The position numbers were made by a program, and so were the translations under genes. The notes beneath the pieces are model-generated. The model saw only the letters and a program-made list of their open reading frames with translations, did no database searches and had not been told where the DNA came from. Below, piece by piece: positions 33,860 through 40,634 of a stretch of DNA of 40,634 bases (the stretch's first letter is position 1; the number at the start of each line of letters is the position of its first letter). Source of the DNA: Nemertoderma westbladi (Eukaryota > Animalia > Xenacoelomorpha); contig JAUCBJ010008683.1 in NCBI GenBank assembly GCA_032718475.1, positions 1 to 40,634 on the forward strand, in the 5' to 3' direction.

Positions 33860-34020
33860 AATACAAATTGACTGGATTGCGGTGTTACAGCCCGGCCTGT
33901 CTCGGTTCGCCCTGCGACAAACAACCGAGTCATGGCGCTCTCGTAAACGAGAGAGATCCGACCCTGGTCCCGGAAGTAGGCAAGTTGGAGGGCCGCCTGG
34001 ATCCAACCGTCTGGGGTCAC
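33860..34020 (-). CDS. CPT1: CPT1-like exon
   Basis: tag|VTPDGWIQAALQLAYFRDQGRISLVYESAMTRLFVAGRTETGRAVTPQSSQFV|gtaagt; PD..Q.ALQLA, YE, TRLF..GRTET motifs; phase 2 matches the next exon. Confidence 0.95.
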
Positions 34021-34781
34021 CTACAAGTAAAACAATTAAATAATGTGAGTAATTAGTACTCATTATATTTAAAATGCTAAGCAGATAGTGGAAGAAAATG
34101 AGATTACTTTGGTGCATGTATACTGTAGTTATAGTTTGAATTTTTTTGCAACAACTTTGACATTGGGAAGCTTATTCATAAATTTTGTTTGATGGGTAAT
34201 TTATTCAATAATTTATAAATTTGACGTAAATATTGAAGTTTTTGCAGCACAGGAAATGGTTGAGCACAAATTTAACCGAAATGTATATTAATCTGAAAAT
34301 TTCGAGTGATATTTATAAAAATTAGAGTTACCGGTATCCCAGTAAATGGGTTTTAAATAGTGTAGGAATTTTAGTGACAGTGAATTGCGACGGACTTTCC
34401 CTGAAGCTGAAAGTAACAAAAACTTAGAAAGAAAAAAATATATACATGCTAATTAATAAAATATTTATTAAATAACGTACAGCGCTGGTTCAACCCCCGT
34501 TGACGCGCTCTCATTTTTTCCACTTCTGAACAAACCCATTATATTACACCTTTAATTACAGTTGCAACAGCTCATCTCCAATTTATTTAATTAATATCAC
34601 CTGGCAGCAATACTCGAGCTGAATATTTATTTATTTGTACTTCCCTCCTGTTTCACTCTAGCATACTTGAGGCCGTTAGGTCCGCTGTTAGAGATAGAAT
34701 ATATGCAACTTAAGACTGCCCGTTCAATAGAAGTGGATTAGGTGGGACTGTGAGTGTCAGGGGCTAGTGGCTGAGCTGGTT

Positions 34782-34827
34782 AGCGCTACTGATGAGGCCT
34801 GGTAGGCCGAAACGTACGTATAGCGCT
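34782..34827 (+). ncRNA. Type I hammerhead ribozyme (copy 1)
   Basis: agcgcta-CTGATGA-ggcct(ggt)aggcc-GAAA-cgtacg-TA-tagcgct; predicted cleavage after GUA at 34820. Confidence 0.92.
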
Positions 34828-35122
34828 GGTTCAACCCCCGTTGACGCGCTCTCATTTTTTCCACTTCTGAACAAACCCATTATATTACACCTTTAATTAC
34901 AGTTGCAACAGCTCATCTCCAATTTATTTAATTAATATCACCTGGCAGCAATACTCGAGCTGAATATTTATTTATTTGTACTTCCCTCCTGTTTCACTCT
35001 AGCATACTTGAGGCCGTTAGGTCCGCTGTTAGAGATAGAATATATGCAACTTAAGACTGCCCGTTCAATAGAAGTGGATTAGGTGGGACTGTGAGTGTCA
35101 GGGGCTAGTGGCTGAGCTGGTT

Positions 35123-35168
35123 AGCGCTACTGATGAGGCCTGGTAGGCCGAAACGTACGTATAGCGCT
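35123..35168 (+). ncRNA. Type I hammerhead ribozyme (copy 2)
   Basis: Identical to copy 1; predicted cleavage after 35161. Confidence 0.92.
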
Positions 35169-35779
35169 GGTTCAACCCCCGTTGACGCGCTCTCATTTTT
35201 TCCACTTCTGAACAAACCCATTATATTACACCATAAAATATTTAAGAATTCAGCAGTAATATAAAATAAAGATATAGAAACACAACATGGTACCGTTAAT
35301 ACCAGGGTTGTGGTGAGGAAATGTACCAAAGTTTAAATAAAATAGTGGCGGGAGATATTCCTAAAAGTTCCTTCGCCATTATTGGCTAATTCCAAGGAGT
35401 GCCAAACGTTGCCATAACAACTATAATTGAATATACACACACTGGTTAGCATAATGCTACAAATAAATCCTTGCCAAACCAATTGCCGGTGACTATATAT
35501 AACTAGAAAAATAATCTAACAGTGTAATAAATTAAATACTAAATTGCTAAATTTTTAGCAGAAATATAATTGCTACATTTACAACTGAGTAACATTATGT
35601 CTGTATATTTATTTATTTTTGACCTGACAGTATGCTTGGCATCCGGTAACCTAAGCTGCTCTGTTATCTCAGTGTATGTTACGGCATCATAAAATTAGTT
35701 GTTACATGGCCGTATGGTAAATAGCACCTTAACTACCAGTAACTAGTTCCAATATCTGATTGTATGATATCAGAGACTA

Positions 35780-37335
35780 TGAATAACTACTACCAGTAAC
35801 GACTACCTGACTGCATGCTATCAGAGACAACCAACTGCTACCTGACTGTATGCTATCAGAGACTACCAGTAACTACTACCTGACTGTATGCTATCAGATA
35901 CTACCAGTAACGACTACCTGACTGTATGCTATCAGAGACAACCAACTGCTACCTGACTGTATGCTATCAGAGACTACCAGTAACTACTACCTGATTGTAT
36001 GCTATCAGCGACTACCAGTAACGACTACCTGACTGTATGCTATCAGAGACTACCAGTAACTACTACCTGACTGTATGCTATCAGGGATCAGAGACTACCA
36101 CTAACTACTACCTGACTGTATCCTATCAGAGACTACCAGTAACGACTACCTGACTGTATGCTATCAGAGACTACCAGTAACTACTACCTGACTGTATGCT
36201 ATCAGAGACTAGTAACTACTACATCACTGTATGCTATCAGACACTACCAGTAACTACTACCTGACTGTATACTATCAGAGACTACCAGTAACTACTACCT
36301 GACTGTATGCTATCAGAGACTACCAGTAACTACTACCTGACTGTATGCTATCAGAGACTACCAGTAACGACTACCTGACTGTATGCTATCAGAGACTACC
36401 AGTAACTACTACCTGGCTGTATGCTATCAGAGACTACCAGTAACGACTACCTGACTGTATGCTATCAGAGACTACCAGTAACTACTACCTGACTGTATGC
36501 TATCAGAGACTACCAGTAACTACTACCTGACTGTATGCTATCAGAGACTACCAGTAACTACTACCTGACTGTATGCTATCAGAGACTACCAGTAACGACT
36601 ACCTGACTGTATGCTATCAGAGACTACCAGTAACTACTACCTGGCTGTATGCTATCAGAGACTACCAGTAACGACTACCTGACGGTATGCTATCAGAGAC
36701 TACCAGTAACTACTACCTGACTGTATGCTATCAGAGACTACCAGTAACTACTACCTGACTGTATGCTATCAGAGACTACCAGTAACTACTACCTGACTGT
36801 ATGCTATCAGAGACTACCAGTAACTACTACCTGACTGTATGCTATCAGAGACTACCAGTAACGACTACCTGACTGTATGCTATCAGAGACTACCAGTAAC
36901 TACTACCTGACTGTATGCTATCAGAGACTACCAGTAACGACTACCTGACTGTATGCTATCAGAGACTACCAGTAACTACTACCTGATTGTATGCTATCAG
37001 AGACTACCAGTAACTACTACCTGACTGTATGCTATCAGAGACTACCAGTAACTACTACCTGACTGTATGCTATCAGAGACTACCAGTAACTACTACCTGA
37101 CTGTATGCTATCAGAGACTACCAGTAACTACTACCTGACTGTATGCTATCAGAGACTAGTAACTACTACCTGACTGTATGCTATCAGACACTACCAGTAA
37201 CTACTACCTGACTGTATGCTATCAGAGACTACCAGTAACTACTACCTGATTGTATGCTATCAGCGACTACCAGTAACTACTACCTGACTGTATGCCATCA
37301 GAGACTACCAGAAACTACTACCTGACTGTATACTA
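35780..37335. repeat. 38-bp minisatellite (~40 copies)
   Basis: Unit ctaccagtaactactacctgactgtatgctatcagaga. Confidence 0.97.
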
Positions 37336-37344
37336 TACCGAACG

Positions 37345-37489
37345 ATGGTTCTTCATGAAAACATAAAGATCGGACAGAGAGTTGAGATGCAATGGAAGGA
37401 TGGCCTACAGAGGGGGTCGGTGAGGTATAAAGGGGAGGTTCATTCGATGCCTGGCGACTGGGTTGGAGTAGAAATGGATAAAAAGATAG
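37345..37489 (+). CDS. CAP-Gly domain protein, exon 1 (nested antisense gene)
   Basis: MVLHENIKIGQRVEMQWKDGLQRGSVRYKGEVHSMPGDWVGVEMDKKI-g|gttagt; IG.RV, G.VRY.G and WVGVE.D form the N-half of CAP-Gly. Confidence 0.88.
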
Positions 37490-37762
37490 GTTAGTGGGCC
37501 GATCGTACATTTATGGATAACTAATGTAGATAAAACTCATTTCCAAGAGGTTGTAACAAATTATGGATCTATCAAACAAATATAAAATCAAATAAATTGA
37601 TATTAGATACTTTTAACATATCTATAATGTGCATCTCTGCAACTGATTTTACGCATACACGTAATATAAAATAATAAAGACAGATATTAACATAATATAT
37701 GCAGAATTTGAATATGGCTGCATGGCTCGCCCCCTATATACCTGTGTACTAAATTCCCACAG

Positions 37763-37883
37763 GCCATCACAATGGTATGTTCAGAGCTAGACGTTACTTC
37801 CAATGTCAGCAAGGTTACGGGATATTCGTACACGCGTCTAAATTACGGTTCCTTCTCAGTGGCAGAAAGAGGGAGAAAGACAG
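37763..37883 (+). CDS. CAP-Gly domain protein, exon 2
   Basis: cag|(G)HHNGMFRARRYFQCQQGYGIFVHASKLRFLLSGRKREKD|gtgtga; G.HNG, RYF.C and GIFV form the C-half of CAP-Gly; splice phases are consistent. Confidence 0.88.
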
Positions 37884-37944
37884 GTGTGAATTAATGAATT
37901 ATATGACGTAATATTGGTACTGGTGTAGTAATAGAATAAAACAA

Positions 37945-38033
37945 AGTAAAATTAAAATTTTCTTCGGCCGTTAGGCCATGGATTACGCACAAAGTCTAAC
38001 GACTTATTTCCAGTGCGGTCCCCCAGAACTTTA
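37945..38033 (-). mobile_element. 5'-truncated copy of the SINE at 26613-26852
   Basis: Reverse complement taaagttctgggggaccgcactggaaataagtcgttagactttgtgcg... matches 26766-26845. Confidence 0.85.
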
Positions 38034-38059
38034 CTCCCCAGAGGAAAAACTAATTTAGC

Positions 38060-39362
38060 TACTATGTAGTTTGCCGCGGAGCTTTACTGTGTAGTTTGCT
38101 ACTGTGTAGCTTTACTGTGTAGTTTGCCGCGGAGATTTACTGTGCATTTTGCCGCGAACCTTTACTGTGAGCTTCACTGTGTAGTTTGTCGTGGAGCATT
38201 ACTGTGTATTTTGCCGTGGAGCTTTACTGTGCAGTTTGCCACGGAGCTTTACTGTGTCGTTTGCCGCAGAGCTTTACTGTGTAGTTTGCCGCGGAACTTT
38301 AACAGTGTACTTTTCCGTTGAGCTTTACTGTGTAGTTTGCTGCGGAGCTTTACTATGTAGTTTGTCGCGGAGGTTTGTGTAGTTAGTTTGCGGAGCTTTA
38401 CTGTGTAGTTTTCCGCGGAGCTTTACTGTGTAGTTTGCCGCGGAGCTTTACTTTGTAGTTTACTACGGAGCTTTACTGTGTAGTTTGCCGTGGAGCTTTA
38501 CTGTTTAGTTTGCTGCGGAGCGTTACTGAATAGTTTGTCGCGGAGGTTTGCAGAGTAGTTAGTTTGCCGCGGAGCTTTACTGTGTAGTTTGCTGCGGAGC
38601 TTTACTGAGTATTTTGTCGCGGAGGTTTACAGTGTAGTTAGTTTGCCGCGGAGCTTTACTGTGTAGTTTGCCGCGGATCTTTACTTTGTAATTTGCTGCG
38701 GAGCTTTAATGTGATGTTTGCCGAGGAGCTTTACTGTGTAGTTTGCCGTGGAGCTTTAAAGTGTAGTTTGCCTCGGAGTTTTAAGGTGTAGTTTGACGCG
38801 GAGCTTTACTGTGTAGTTTGCCGCGGAACTTTACTGGGTAGTAAGTATGCCGCTGAGCTATACTGTGTAGTTTGCCAAGGAGCTTTACTGTGTAGTTTGC
38901 CGTGGAGCTTTATTGTGTAGTTTGCCTCGGAGTTTTAAGGTGTAGTTTGCCGCGGAGCTTTACTGTGTAGTTTGCCGAGGAGCTTTACTGTGTAGTTTGC
39001 CGTGGAGCTTTATTGTGTAGTTTGCCTCGGAGTTTTAAGGTGTAGTTTGCCGCGGAGCTTTACTGTGTAGTTTGCCGCGGAGCTTTACTGTGTAGTTTGC
39101 CGTGGAGCTTTATTGTGTAGTTTGCCTCAGAGTTTTAAGGTGTAGTTTGCCGCAGAGCTTTACTATGTAGTTTGCCAAGGAGCTTTACTGTGTAGTTTGC
39201 CGTGGAGCTTTATTGTGTAGTTTGCCTCGGAGTTTTAAGGTGTAGTTTGCCGTGGAGCTTTATTGTGTAATTTGCCTCGGAGTTTTAAGGTGTAGTTTGC
39301 CGCGGAGCTTTACTGTGTAGTTTGCCTCGGAGCTTTACTGTGTAGTTTGCAGCGGAGCTTTA
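38060..39362. repeat. 25-bp minisatellite (~50 copies) with higher-order variants
   Basis: Unit tactgtgtagtttgccgcggagctt; lies in intron 2 of the CAP-Gly gene. Confidence 0.96.
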
Positions 39363-39444
39363 GCGATTGAGATCAATTAGATTGAGATTGATTAACGTAA
39401 TTTGATTTTTTATTCTTAAAAACGGCTTGCCTCACACTAAATAG

Positions 39445-39573
39445 GTACAAACTGGTTGAGGTTGATGAAGAAACTGGCCACGAAGAGGAACTGTTCTACA
39501 AACCGCCTCCAGTAGTCGAAGAGAAATCAGAGATAGGTGATGACGATAACACTGATGATGGAGTGATGCCAAG
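39445..39573 (+). CDS. CAP-Gly domain protein, exon 3
   Basis: atag|g-YKLVEVDEETGHEEELFYKPPPVVEEKSEIGDDDNTDDGVMP-ag|gtaggt; phase 2/2 and open. Confidence 0.78.
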
Positions 39574-39741
39574 GTAGGTTGCAGTCACAGAGCTTATCTT
39601 TACAATGGTAGGCCCAGTTACAGAGTTTGGGATTACAATACCAATGTTAGACTAACCAGTTATATTTTATATAGCTTGTAGTTGTAAGTGTTTTTATTGA
39701 CGTAGTCGAACCCACACCTTCACTATTTTTTCATTCACCAG

Positions 39742-40018
39742 ATGGTTTTTGTCACGCGGGTTAGGAAACCGCTGCTGTAGAACTTCGGCCTACCAACACA
39801 TCCACCCAACGGACCCCAGCAAGGAACCCCAGAACTTCCATCTCAGCCACATTATAAGTAAAACTTGGAAGGTTGAGGAAGAAGAGGAAGATGAGACTAA
39901 ATGGGAGTTTATGAATCCGCCGTCGATACCTAATTATCGAACTCCAATAGGGACCTACGTAACTGAGAAACGGAAGGGGTGGAAGAACTTACATTTACCT
40001 AGAGAACGGCCCTGGTAG
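39742..40018 (+). CDS. CAP-Gly domain protein, exon 4 (terminal)
   Basis: Pyrimidine-rich acceptor ...ttcaccag|a-WFLSRGLGNRCC...LPRERPW*, in frame with ORF 39749-40018. The spliced CDS is 672 nt, 223 aa. Confidence 0.78.
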
Positions 40019-40496
40019 AACCAAATATACAGAGTGATAATGTCAGTATCATATAGACCTCATTATAATATATATTAAACAACGTTTTGTGCACACTGCA
40101 CACTATAGTTAGAATTGGACCTCTCTCAATTTGATTCGACTGAAATGAAGTTGTGTTTATTGTTTCGTTCATAAAAGACCGCTACTATATGTAACCTGAT
40201 CACATTCCATAACGTTATAAATTAAATGAATTTTTTAAACCCTCTAAATACAAAGTTGATGTTCGCGGTCATTTTTCGCCATTAACTCGTGTTTATAGGG
40301 GTAGGCCTACATGCTATACTACTGTTGTACCGTTCTACCGTTAGCCAGCCTTAGCCCGAGGTAATTAGCGGAGTAATTGTTACAAGATATGTGGTCGACA
40401 AGCACTATAGCAAGCACATAACCAGTACCAGAGGTCTGGGAGAACACTACTTAATGTAAAATTATTACAACTTATAAATGTCGCTGAAGTGATTAC

Positions 40497-40634
40497 CTTG
40501 CATTTCTTCATTAACCCTTTGCCGTAACTGTTGTGGCACTCGATAACTAGGTCTACATCGTCGCACATCGCCTTGGAGAGGATTACCGCCTCGTCTATGG
40601 CGGTGTTTAGAGAAGGTCGCATTGTCCAGGAGAT
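40497..40634 (-). CDS. CPT1: CPT1-like exon (partial, runs off the window)
   Basis: ISWTMRPSLNTAIDEAVILSKAMCDDVDLVIECHNSYGKGLMKKCK|gtaatc; GKG..KKC motif, joins VTPD in frame. Confidence 0.92.

Larger units (their letters stand above)
34474..35232 (+). mobile_element. Retrozyme-like tandem: 2.2 copies of a 341-bp hammerhead-containing monomer
   Basis: agcgctggttcaacccccg at 34481, 34822 and 35163 (period 341); the copies look identical. Direct repeat ataaaatattta lies at 34456-34467 and 35233-35244. Confidence 0.85.

Noticed and set aside
35780-39362. CRISPR-like appearance of 38-bp and 25-bp repeats
   Set aside because: Head-to-tail units with no unique spacers, no cas genes, and a eukaryotic context.

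Overview
AT-rich, intron-containing animal (invertebrate-like) genomic DNA, not prokaryotic. The left half (~1-16 kb) is a BEL/Pao LTR retrotransposon. Its gag-protease-RT-RNaseH-integrase polyprotein is broken by one frameshift in RT. It carries an extra non-env, CCHC zinc-finger ORF pair between pol and the 3' LTR, and is bracketed by two diverged ~1.2 kb LTR-like sequences in INVERTED orientation. Two degenerate RTE-type LINE copies and a tRNA-Val(CAC) follow. The right half holds the last five exons of a carnitine O-palmitoyltransferase 1-like gene on the minus strand. Its large introns contain nested MITEs, tRNA-derived SINEs, several minisatellites and a complete 4-exon antisense CAP-Gly gene missed by the ORF track. 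They also contain two unrelated elements that couple a tRNA-like Pol III promoter to a minimal hammerhead ribozyme. One of these is a 2.2-unit tandem of a 341-bp monomer with a 12-bp flanking direct repeat (retrozyme-like), in which the ribozyme sits between the A and B boxes. All calls are by eye; no searches were run.
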